A DNA stretch of 58,254 nucleotides, taken from the NCBI GenBank assembly GCA_964430275.1, contig CAYSGF010000215.1, positions 1 through 58,254 of the forward strand. Direction: 5' to 3'. How positions within the stretch are numbered: position 1 is the stretch's first letter; each line of letters starts with the position of its first letter. The notes beneath the pieces were generated by a model. It saw nothing but the letters and a program-made list of their open reading frames with translations. It did no database searches and had not been told where the DNA came from. Source of the stretch: an uncultured Gemmatimonadaceae bacterium (lineage in GTDB: Bacteria > Gemmatimonadota > Gemmatimonadetes > Longimicrobiales > RSA9). Below, piece by piece: positions 36,990-45,654 of the stretch. The position numbers and the translations under genes were made by a program.

Positions 36990-39254
36990 ATGGACGCCCT
37001 GTTCGAGTTCCTGTTCAAGTACCGCCCGTCGGTGCTGCGTGCCGGAACGATCGGGTATGCACCCCCGCTGCCGGCGGGCTGGATCATCGCCGGCGTGGCG
37101 GTGGCGGCAGTAATCGTCGTCGCACTGTACCTGAGGGTGCGGCGGCGGACGCTGCCGCAGCGTGCGACCCTGGCGCTGCTGCGCGTCGGCGCACTCGCCG
37201 TGCTCGGCGTCTGCCTGCTTCGCCCGCAGCTGATCCTGTCGACGGTCGTGCCGCAGCAGAACCATGTGGCCGTGCTGGTCGATGACTCGCGTAGCATGCG
37301 CATCGCGGATGGCGGCGAGGCGCGCGCCGCGGGCGTACAGCGGGTGCTGGCCGATGACGGCGTGCTGCTCCAGGCGCTGCGCGACCGGTTCCGCGTGCGT
37401 CAGTATGCCTTCGCGAGCACGACGACCCGGCTGGATGACGCCGCATCCCTCACGTTCGCGGGAGAGCACACGCGCCTGGCGCCGGCGCTCGACCGGGCGC
37501 GCACGGAGCTCGCCTCGCTGCCGGTATCGGGGATCGTGGTCGTGAGCGACGGTGCCGAGAGCGATGGCGCCGCGCTCACGGAATCCCTGCTCGCGCTGCG
37601 TGCCTCCGGTGTGCCGGTCTATGCGGTCGGGGTCGGCCGCGAGGAGATCGACCGGGACATCGAGCTGCGCCGCGCCGGTGCGCCGACCGAGGTGCTCCAG
37701 GGCGCATCGATCGCCGCCGACCTGATCGTCGCCCAGCGAGGGTATGCCGGACAGCGGGTGCAGCTCCTGGTCGAGGACGAGGGTCGCATCATCGCGACGG
37801 AGAGCATCGAGCTGCCGCGCGACGGTGAGCCTACGCCCGTGCGCGTCGCGTTCACCGCGGACCAGGCCGGGGCGCGTCGCCTGCGGTTTCGCATCGCGGC
37901 GCAGGACGGCGAGCGGATCACCGAGAACAATGAGCAGTGGATGCTGCTCCATGTGCGGGACGCGCGTGAAAAGATCCTCTACTTCGAGGGTGAGCCGCGC
38001 TTCGAAGTGAAGTTTCTGCGCCGCGCGGTGGAAGAGGACGAGAACCTGCAGCTCGTGGTGCTGCAGCGGACGGCGGAGAACAAGTTCCTGCGGCTGTCCG
38101 TCGACAGTGCCGGTGAGCTGGCAGCGGGATTCCCACGCACCCGCGACGAGCTGTTCCGCTACCGGGCACTCGTGCTGGGCAGCGTGGAGGCGAGCTACTT
38201 CACGCACGACCAGCTCCAGATGATCGCGGACTTCGTCAGCGAGCGGGGCGGCGGTCTGCTCGCACTCGGCGGACGCCGCTCCTTCGCGGAGGGCGGCTGG
38301 GCGGGGACACCGGTCGCGGATGTGCTGCCGGTGGCGCTGGACCAGCGGCCGGACACCGGCTACTTCGCGGAGCTGCGCATTCGCCCGACACGGGCCGGTG
38401 CCGCACACGCCGCGACCCGGCTCGCCGAGAACCCGGATTCTGCACGCTCGCTGTGGGACCGGCTGCCGCCGCTTACGGTCTTCAATCGCATCACGCGCGC
38501 GAAGCCCGGCGCAACGGTACTGCTGAACGGCACCGGTGCGGGCGGCGAGCAGATCGTTCTGGCCGGGCAGCGCTACGGGCGCGGCCAGGCGATCGCCTTC
38601 ACGCCGCACGACTCCTGGCTCTGGCAGATGCACGCCAGCATTCCGCTCGAGGACCTGTCACATGAGACGTTCTGGCGGCAGATGTTCCGCTGGCTCGTCG
38701 ACGGCGTGCCGCAGCAGATCGTGGCAGGAGCAGAGCGCGATCGCGTGGCACCCGGAGAGATGGTGCGCGTGCTCGCGCAGGTCGATGACGAGCGCTACAT
38801 CGGGGTCAACAACGGGGATGTGGTGGCACAGGTTACGGCGCCCTCCGGTGCGGTGAGCGAGGTGCCGCTCGGCTGGACGCTCGAGCGTGACGGAGCGTAT
38901 GCCGGCACATACGCGTCGCAGGAGGAGGGGCTGCACCGGATCGAAGTGACCGCAGCCGTCGGCGATGAGCGCTACACCAGCGAGGCCAGCTTCGTCAACG
39001 TCGTGCCGAGTACAACCGAATACTATGACGCGGCGATGCGCGCGCCGCTGCTCCAGCGGATTGCGGAAGAGACGGGCGGCAAGTTCTACAGGCTCGACGA
39101 GATCGGCACTCTCCCCGAAGACCTCGCCGTCGCCGGGCGCGGCGCGACGATCATCGAGACCAGGGAGCTGTGGGACATGCCGATCATCTTCCTGACGCTC
39201 GTCCTGCTCATCGGCGCGGAGTGGGGGCTGCGGCGGCGGTGGGGGATGGTGTGA
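36990..39254 (+). CDS. Membrane-anchored VWA plus GATase1-like (DUF1355-type) protein
   Basis: N-terminal TM segments, MIDAS LVDDSRSM with VVVSDG, Ig-like (CARDB-type) segment, KILYFEGEPRFE, LLALGG..SFAEGG and a C-terminal TM ending WGLRRRWG. Confidence 0.75.
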   Translation: MDALFEFLFKYRPSVLRAGTIGYAPPLPAGWIIAGVAVAAVIVVALYLRVRRRTLPQRATLALLRVGALAVLGVCLLRPQLILSTVVPQQNHVAVLVDDSRSMRIADGGEARAAGVQRVLADDGVLLQALRDRFRVRQYAFASTTTRLDDAASLTFAGEHTRLAPALDRARTELASLPVSGIVVVSDGAESDGAALTESLLALRASGVPVYAVGVGREEIDRDIELRRAGAPTEVLQGASIAADLIVAQRGYAGQRVQLLVEDEGRIIATESIELPRDGEPTPVRVAFTADQAGARRLRFRIAAQDGERITENNEQWMLLHVRDAREKILYFEGEPRFEVKFLRRAVEEDENLQLVVLQRTAENKFLRLSVDSAGELAAGFPRTRDELFRYRALVLGSVEASYFTHDQLQMIADFVSERGGGLLALGGRRSFAEGGWAGTPVADVLPVALDQRPDTGYFAELRIRPTRAGAAHAATRLAENPDSARSLWDRLPPLTVFNRITRAKPGATVLLNGTGAGGEQIVLAGQRYGRGQAIAFTPHDSWLWQMHASIPLEDLSHETFWRQMFRWLVDGVPQQIVAGAERDRVAPGEMVRVLAQVDDERYIGVNNGDVVAQVTAPSGAVSEVPLGWTLERDGAYAGTYASQEEGLHRIEVTAAVGDERYTSEASFVNVVPSTTEYYDAAMRAPLLQRIAEETGGKFYRLDEIGTLPEDLAVAGRGATIIETRELWDMPIIFLTLVLLIGAEWGLRRRWGMV

Positions 39255-39255
39255 C

Positions 39256-39279
39256 GAATTGGTGAATTGGTGAATTCGA
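39256..39279. repeat. Single arm of the GAATTGGT repeat element
   Basis: gaattggt gaattggt gaattcga starts 1 nt after the upstream stop codon and uses the same octamer as 9113-9152. Confidence 0.7.
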
Positions 39280-40292
39280 TTCCGGCGGTTCGCGTTCTGT
39301 GTGCTCTCGCGATGGCGGCGGGGCTGGTCTTCGTTGGCGGCGCTGTGGAAGCGCAGCGGACGCATGTGCTGGTCGTGTCCGGGATCTCGGGGGAGGCGCG
39401 GTTTGCGCGGCAGTGGGATGCGTGGGGGACGGGACTCGTGGAGGGGCTGGAAGCGGGGGGGGTGGATGGCGGGGACGTCGTGCGGCTGGCGGAACGGGCA
39501 GGGGCGGGGGTGGCGGGTCGGTCCACGAAGGAGGCGATCGGGCAGCAGGTGATGCGCATTGCGGGGGAGGCGAGTCCGTCCGACCAGGTGCTGCTCGTGT
39601 TCTTCGGACACGGTGCCGCCGGTGGTGACGGTGTTCGGCTGAACCTGCCAGGGCCGGATCTGACGGCACGCGAGTTGTCGGCGATGCTGCAGTCGCTCGG
39701 CACGCGGCGCGTCATTGTGGTGAATACCGCGAGTGCGAGCGGCGGTTTCCTGGAGCCGCTTGCCGGTGAGAACCGGGTGATCGTCACGGCCACCCGCTCG
39801 GAGTCGCAGAACAACGAGACGGTCTTTGGCGGGCACTTCGCCGCGGCTTTCGAAGGCGGCAGTGCGGATACGGACAAGGACGGTCGCGTCTCGCTGCTGG
39901 AGGCATTCACGTACGCGCGCCTCGAGGTTGAGCGCGCGTACAGCTCGACGAATCGGATGCGCTCCGAGCATGCGCTACTGGACGCGGATGGTGACGGGAC
40001 CGGCACGGTCGAGCCGGACGCGCGTGCCGGCGACGGGCGCGCGGCGAGCACGATTTTCTTCGGCGCGGGTGCTGCAAGCGCCGTCGCTGGCGGTGCAGCG
40101 CCGGACGGGGCGAGTCCCGAGCTGCGCGCGCTGTACGAGCGTCGCGCGGAGCTGCAGGGACGCATCGACGCGTTGCGAACACGGCGCGCGGCCATGGAGA
40201 CAGCGGACTACGAGACAGCGCTGGAAGCGTTGCTGGTCGAGCTGGCGACCACGAACCAGTCGATCCGCAGTCTGGAAGGGGGTAGCCGGTGA
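39270..40292 (+). CDS. Exported hypothetical protein with a caspase/legumain-like (clan CD) fold signature
   Basis: Signal peptide ending VEA-Q, VLVVSGISGE, LLVFFGHG, IVVNTASASGGF, VIVTATRS, DTDKDGRVSLLEAF and a C-terminal coiled coil. Confidence 0.55.
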   Translation: MNSIPAVRVLCALAMAAGLVFVGGAVEAQRTHVLVVSGISGEARFARQWDAWGTGLVEGLEAGGVDGGDVVRLAERAGAGVAGRSTKEAIGQQVMRIAGEASPSDQVLLVFFGHGAAGGDGVRLNLPGPDLTARELSAMLQSLGTRRVIVVNTASASGGFLEPLAGENRVIVTATRSESQNNETVFGGHFAAAFEGGSADTDKDGRVSLLEAFTYARLEVERAYSSTNRMRSEHALLDADGDGTGTVEPDARAGDGRAASTIFFGAGAASAVAGGAAPDGASPELRALYERRAELQGRIDALRTRRAAMETADYETALEALLVELATTNQSIRSLEGGSR

Positions 40293-42868
40293 ACCGGTGT
40301 GCAGTGCGGATTCATCGTGGCGCGCGCCGCACGGCGCTCGTTGTGCCGTACATGCTGGCTGCCGTCCTCGTGCAGCCGGCATGCGCACGCGCGCAGGACG
40401 GTGATGCCGCACTGCGTGCCGGCCATTACGACGACGCGATTGCTGCCTTCGAGCGTGAGGCAACGAGTGACGTCGCGGCGCGTCGCAAGCTCGTCACGGC
40501 GCTGCTGGAGGTGGGCCGCTACGAGGAGGCCGAACACGCGGCGCTGAACGGCGCCGATGCGCCGGTACCGGCGCTCGCGACCGTGTACGGGGCAGCGCTG
40601 CTGGCGCAGGGTCGTACGGCGGACGCGCGGCGGGCATTCGAGGCGGCGCGCACAGCGAGGACCGCGGACAGCACGCGAGCGCTACTGGAGCTCGGCCTGC
40701 TCGACTGGCGCTCCGGTGAGCGCGACGCTGCGTTCGCCACGTTCGACCGGTTCATCGATCTCTACAACGACGGTGCAGCGCGCACGTCGGAGGAGCTGGT
40801 CGCGGTCGGCGTCGCCGTGCGCTACCTGGGGATCCGTGATCCGCAGCTGTTCCATGATGCGAACCGCGCACTCGGGGAAGCCGCGTCGGCGGATCCGTCG
40901 AACCACGAGGCGCGGGTGCTGCGGGGTGAGCTCTTCCTCGACAAGTACAACACGACGGACGCGGGCGCGTTCTTCCGCGAAGTGCTCGAGCAGAACCCCC
41001 GACACCCCGCTGCACTGCTCGGCCTCGCCCGCGTCCGCATGATCGAGGGAAGCGGCGACCCTGCGGAGCCGATTGCGCAGGCGCTCGAGACGAATCCGCA
41101 GCTCGCGGCCGCGTACCTGCTGCGTGCGCGCCTGCTCATGGCCGCAGAGCGCTACGACAGTGCCCATGCACCGATTGCACGGGCCGTCGCCATCGACTCG
41201 AGCTCGCTGGAGGCGCGCGCGCTCGCGGTCGCGAACGCCTACCTCGAGGGCGACGGCGGCTGGATCGGTTCCGCGGAGGCGCTCCTGAGACGCAACCCGC
41301 ACTACTCCGGGCTCTACACGACGATCGGCGAGCTGGCCGTGCAGACGCGCCGCTACCGGGATGGCGTGCGCATGGCGGAGCGTGCCGTTGCCGTGGACAG
41401 CATGGACTGGGGCGGGCACGCGTTGCTCGGCCTGAACCGCATGCGCATCGGTGATGCCGAAGGTGCGCGTGCAGCGCTCGAGACGGCGTTCCGCGGCGAT
41501 CCGTTCAACGTCTGGGTCAAGAACACGCTGGACCTGCTGGACACATACGACCAGTACGTGACGCTCACTTCGCCGCGCTTCGAATTCTTCCTGCACGGCG
41601 AGGAAGCGGACCTGCTCTTCCCCTATGCCAGTGCGCTCGCGGAAGAGGCATACGAGGAGATCTCGGAACGCTACGGCCACCGACCGGAAGCGCCGGTGCG
41701 TGTGGAGGTCTATCCGAGTCATGCCGATTTCTCCGTTCGAACCGTGGGGCTGGCCGGCCTGGGCGCGCTGGGCGTCAGCTTCGGCAGCATTCTGGCGATG
41801 GATTCGCCCAGTGCACGCGAGCCCGGCTCCTTCAACTGGGGCTCCACGCTGTGGCACGAGATCGGGCACGCCGTCACGCTCGGCGCGTCGGCGCATCACG
41901 TGCCGCGCTGGCTCACGGAAGGGATCAGCGTCCGCGAGGAGCGGCGCGCGCGGCCGGGCTGGGGGGAGAACTTCTCGATCGACTTCGCGCTCGCCTATAT
42001 GACCGATCGTCTGCGGCCGCCGAGTGCGCTCAACGCCGGGTTCCTGCGACCCCGCTTTCCGGGCGAGGTCGTGTTGTCGTATTACATGGCTTCGCTCGTC
42101 GTGGAGTGGCTCGAGGAGACGCGCGGCATCGGTGTCCTGCGGGACATGCTGGCCGCGTACCGCGACGGGCGCGACGATCGGGAGGTGCTCGAAGGCGTGC
42201 TGCGCACGACACCGGAGGGTTTCGACGTCGCATTCGACGAGTGGCTCCGTGCGCGCTATGCGGTTCAGCTCGCTGCCGTGGAACTGGATGGGGAGCGTGC
42301 GGGCGGCGAATTCCTGGAGCAACTGGCCTCGGGCCGGAGCGCGCTGGATGCCGGAGACCTGGTGCGCGCGGAGCAGTCACTCCTGCGTGCAGCGACATTG
42401 TTTCCCGAGCACGCGGGCGGCGATGCGCCCTTCCGGCTGCTCGCGACGATCCGTGAGCGGCAGGGAGACGCGGCCGGTGCGGCCGAGTACCTGGCGCGCC
42501 ACATCGCGGTTGCGGATGCGGACCTGCCGGCGCACCTGAAGCTGGCGGAACTGCGGTCGGACCTCGGCGACCATGCGGGTGCAGCGGATGCGCTGGAGCG
42601 AGCCGTATACGTCCATCCGTTCGATCCGGCGCTGCACGAACGGCTCGCCCGGGAGCATGCAGCGGCAGGGAACGCCGAAGGCGTGGTGCGTGCGCGGGCG
42701 GCCGTCGTCGCGCTCGCGCCGGTGGACCGGGCGGAAGCGCTGTACCAGCTGGCGCGGGCACAGCACGAGGCCGGTGACAATGCATCGGCGCGGCGGACCG
42801 TCCTGCGGGCGCTGGAGATTGCGCCCAACTACGAGGCAGCGCAGATGCTGCTCCTGCAGGTGCGCTGA
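40289..42868 (+). CDS. TPR-containing peptidase MA-like (gluzincin) protein, exported
   Basis: Signal peptide and many TPR-like helices. HExxH (WHEIGH) with a downstream WLTEG third ligand, then C-terminal TPRs. Confidence 0.85.
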   Translation: MNRCAVRIHRGARRTALVVPYMLAAVLVQPACARAQDGDAALRAGHYDDAIAAFEREATSDVAARRKLVTALLEVGRYEEAEHAALNGADAPVPALATVYGAALLAQGRTADARRAFEAARTARTADSTRALLELGLLDWRSGERDAAFATFDRFIDLYNDGAARTSEELVAVGVAVRYLGIRDPQLFHDANRALGEAASADPSNHEARVLRGELFLDKYNTTDAGAFFREVLEQNPRHPAALLGLARVRMIEGSGDPAEPIAQALETNPQLAAAYLLRARLLMAAERYDSAHAPIARAVAIDSSSLEARALAVANAYLEGDGGWIGSAEALLRRNPHYSGLYTTIGELAVQTRRYRDGVRMAERAVAVDSMDWGGHALLGLNRMRIGDAEGARAALETAFRGDPFNVWVKNTLDLLDTYDQYVTLTSPRFEFFLHGEEADLLFPYASALAEEAYEEISERYGHRPEAPVRVEVYPSHADFSVRTVGLAGLGALGVSFGSILAMDSPSAREPGSFNWGSTLWHEIGHAVTLGASAHHVPRWLTEGISVREERRARPGWGENFSIDFALAYMTDRLRPPSALNAGFLRPRFPGEVVLSYYMASLVVEWLEETRGIGVLRDMLAAYRDGRDDREVLEGVLRTTPEGFDVAFDEWLRARYAVQLAAVELDGERAGGEFLEQLASGRSALDAGDLVRAEQSLLRAATLFPEHAGGDAPFRLLATIRERQGDAAGAAEYLARHIAVADADLPAHLKLAELRSDLGDHAGAADALERAVYVHPFDPALHERLAREHAAAGNAEGVVRARAAVVALAPVDRAEALYQLARAQHEAGDNASARRTVLRALEIAPNYEAAQMLLLQVR

Positions 42869-43626
42869 TGCGGCTCGCACTGCTGCTGGTACTGGGCTTC
42901 GGCGCGGCGCTGCCGCTCGCCCGCGTGCCGGCGCTGGCGACGACGGCCGCGCAGGACACGGACCCATGGCCGGACAACACGGAGTACGACGGGACGTTCA
43001 AGTTCGCGCGCATCTGGTACGACGTGCGCGGGTTCCGCAACTTCGGCGAGCCGCCGTGGCATCACGACTATCCGTTCGCCGAGCGCAACCTGGGTAGCAT
43101 CCTGGCCGAGATGAGCGCGGTACGCGCCTTCCGGGAGGGTGGCAACGTGTTCCGCCTGGACGATCCGGAGCTGTTCCGGTACCCGGTGGCGATCCTTTCC
43201 GAGCCCGGGTTCTGGGAGCCGGACGAGGAGGAGATGGAAGCGCTGCGTGCGTACCTGGGCAAGGGCGGGTTCCTGATCTTCGACGATTTTGCGGGGGAGC
43301 GTGACCTGCGCAACCTGATCGTGCAGATGCAGCGTGCGGTTCCCGGCATCATGCCGCTGCCCCTGGAGGTGGACGCGCCGATCTTCCAGACGTTCTTCGA
43401 GATCCAGTCGCTGGCAATGATGCACCCGTACCGGAACCTGCCGTCGCGCTTCTACGGGTTCCACGTCGACAATGATCCGAGCAAGCGGATGCTTGCGGTC
43501 GCGAACCACAACAACGATCTGGGCGAGCTGTGGGAGTTCTCTGCGCAGGGGTTCTTCCCGGTGGACCTGACGAACGAGGCGTACAAGTTCGGTGTGAACT
43601 ACGTGCTCTACGCGCTGACGCGGTAG
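42868..43626 (+). CDS. DUF4159 domain protein (exported), copy 2
   Basis: Signal peptide, FKFARIWY, WHHDYPFAE, YPVA, LRAYL.KGGFLIFDDF and NNDLGELWE. Confidence 0.8.
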   Translation: MRLALLLVLGFGAALPLARVPALATTAAQDTDPWPDNTEYDGTFKFARIWYDVRGFRNFGEPPWHHDYPFAERNLGSILAEMSAVRAFREGGNVFRLDDPELFRYPVAILSEPGFWEPDEEEMEALRAYLGKGGFLIFDDFAGERDLRNLIVQMQRAVPGIMPLPLEVDAPIFQTFFEIQSLAMMHPYRNLPSRFYGFHVDNDPSKRMLAVANHNNDLGELWEFSAQGFFPVDLTNEAYKFGVNYVLYALTR

Positions 43627-43669
43627 TGCGGCGCGCGGGCGAACGGACGCACAGCAACAGGGGGTAGGC

Positions 43670-44716
43670 GTGGCAATGGCATCGGTCGTGACGGAGCAGC
43701 AGCAGCCGCAGCAGCTGGAGCGCGATGACGTCGCCCTGGCGGAGCGCATGGGTGAGGGCGCGCAGCGGGTGCGGGCAGAGCTGCGCAAGCGCATCATCGG
43801 CCAGGACGCGGTGATCGATCAGATGCTGCTCACGCTGTTCGTCGGTGGCAACTCCCTGATCATCGGGGTGCCGGGTCTCGCGAAGACGCTGCTCGTGCAC
43901 TCGCTCGCGCACGTGCTCTCGCTCGACTTCTCGCGCATCCAGTTCACGCCGGACCTGATGCCGTCGGACATCACCGGCACGGACATCCTGCAGGAGGATG
44001 AATCCGGCCGGCGCACGATGACGTTCGCACCCGGCCCGGTGTTCGCGAACGTGCTGCTGGCGGACGAGATCAACCGCACCCCTCCCAAGACGCAGTCGGC
44101 GCTGCTGGAAGCGATGCAGGAGCACCGGGTGACGGTGCAGGGGCGTACGTACACACTTGCCGAGCCGTTCCACGTGTTCGCGACGCAGAACCCGATCGAG
44201 CTCGAGGGCACCTACCCGCTGCCGGAGGCACAGCTCGACCGGTTCATGTTCCAGATCGTGATCGACCATATGCCGGAGGCGGACGAGCTCGCGGTGGTGC
44301 GCTCCACGACGGCCACGGCGGGGGACGAGCTCCAGCCGGTCATGAGCGGTGCCGAGCTGCTCGCATACCAGCAGCTCGTCCGGCGCGTGCCGGTGTCCGA
44401 TGCGGTGCTGCAGTATGCCGTCACTCTCGTGCGCCGCTCGCGTCCGGGCGCTGAAGCGCCCGACGCCGTGCGCGACTGGGTTGGCTACGGCGCGAGCGTG
44501 CGGGCGGCGCAGTATCTCACGCTAGGCGGCAAGGCGCGGGCGCTGCTCGATGGGCGAACGCACGTCGCATTCGAGGACATCCGTGCGCTGGCGCATCCCG
44601 TTCTGCGGCACCGCGTGCTGCTCAACTTCCACGCGCAGTCCGAACGTGTCACGACGGCCGCCGTGATCGATCGGTTGCTCGAGGCCGTGGCGCCGCCGGC
44701 GTCCGGGATGCGATGA
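43670..44716 (+). CDS. MoxR-family AAA+ ATPase
   Basis: GVPGLAKT, RIQFTPDLMPSDITG, LLADEINRTPPKTQSALLEAMQE, ATQNPIELEGTYPLPEAQLDRF and LRHR. Confidence 0.95.
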   Translation: MAMASVVTEQQQPQQLERDDVALAERMGEGAQRVRAELRKRIIGQDAVIDQMLLTLFVGGNSLIIGVPGLAKTLLVHSLAHVLSLDFSRIQFTPDLMPSDITGTDILQEDESGRRTMTFAPGPVFANVLLADEINRTPPKTQSALLEAMQEHRVTVQGRTYTLAEPFHVFATQNPIELEGTYPLPEAQLDRFMFQIVIDHMPEADELAVVRSTTATAGDELQPVMSGAELLAYQQLVRRVPVSDAVLQYAVTLVRRSRPGAEAPDAVRDWVGYGASVRAAQYLTLGGKARALLDGRTHVAFEDIRALAHPVLRHRVLLNFHAQSERVTTAAVIDRLLEAVAPPASGMR

Positions 44717-45654
44717 GCGTCGCGCACGCGCCGCTGCCGGGCGCACGCTTCGTCGACCCCGCGGTGCTGCAGCGGATCGACGATCTGGAGCTGGTGGCGA
44801 AGACCGTCGTGGACGGCTTCATCAACGGTCTGCACCGCTCGCCGTATCTCGGCCTGTCGCTGGACTTCGCGGAGCACCGGGCGTACATGCCCGGTGACGA
44901 CATCCGCCGCATCGACTGGCGGCTGTACGCGCGCACCGACCGGTACCACGTCAAGGAGTTCGAGGCGGACACGAACGCGAACTTCGTCGTGCTGCTCGAC
45001 GTTTCGAAGTCGATGGCGTATGCGGGTGCGGGTGTCGGCAAGCTCGACTATGCGCGCATGCTCGCCGGCTCGCTCGCGTATTTTGCGTCGCGCCAGCGGG
45101 ATCGCGTGGGACTCGTGACGTTCGACGAGGACGTTGTCGACTACGTGCCGCCGTCGGCGAAGCACCTGGACATCTTGCTGCACACGCTCGACCGGGTGCA
45201 GCCCGGCAGGCCGGGTGGCCTCGTACGCCCGCTGCGCAAGGCCGTGGAGCTGCTGCACCGACGTGGCATGGTCGTGCTGATCTCGGATTTGTACGAAGAG
45301 CCGGAATCCGTTGCGGATGCAGTGCGCGCGTTGCGTTATGCCGGCAACGACGTGATCGTCTTCCACCTGCTCGATCCGACCGAGCTGACATTCCCGTTCG
45401 ATGCGGCGCAGAGCTTCGAGGACCTGGAGAGCGGTGAGCGCATCCCGGTGGTGCCGGATGCACTGCGTGACCGGTACCGGGAGCTGGTCGGCGGCCACAT
45501 CGAGACGCTGCGGCGGCTGTTGCGGAGCGAGCGGATCGACTATGCAATGTTCGACACCTCGCAGCCACTGGAGCACGCACTCTTCGCGCTGCTGTCGGAG
45601 CGCGAGCGGCTGCAGCAGGCGGGTGCAGGGCGGCGCGACGGAGGCAACGCATGA
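44713..45654 (+). CDS. DUF58 domain (VWA-like) protein
   Basis: GLHRS...G.S.DFAEHRAY.PGDDIRRIDW, MIDAS LLDVSKSM, DRVGL and ISD. Confidence 0.93.
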   Translation: MSVAHAPLPGARFVDPAVLQRIDDLELVAKTVVDGFINGLHRSPYLGLSLDFAEHRAYMPGDDIRRIDWRLYARTDRYHVKEFEADTNANFVVLLDVSKSMAYAGAGVGKLDYARMLAGSLAYFASRQRDRVGLVTFDEDVVDYVPPSAKHLDILLHTLDRVQPGRPGGLVRPLRKAVELLHRRGMVVLISDLYEEPESVADAVRALRYAGNDVIVFHLLDPTELTFPFDAAQSFEDLESGERIPVVPDALRDRYRELVGGHIETLRRLLRSERIDYAMFDTSQPLEHALFALLSERERLQQAGAGRRDGGNA

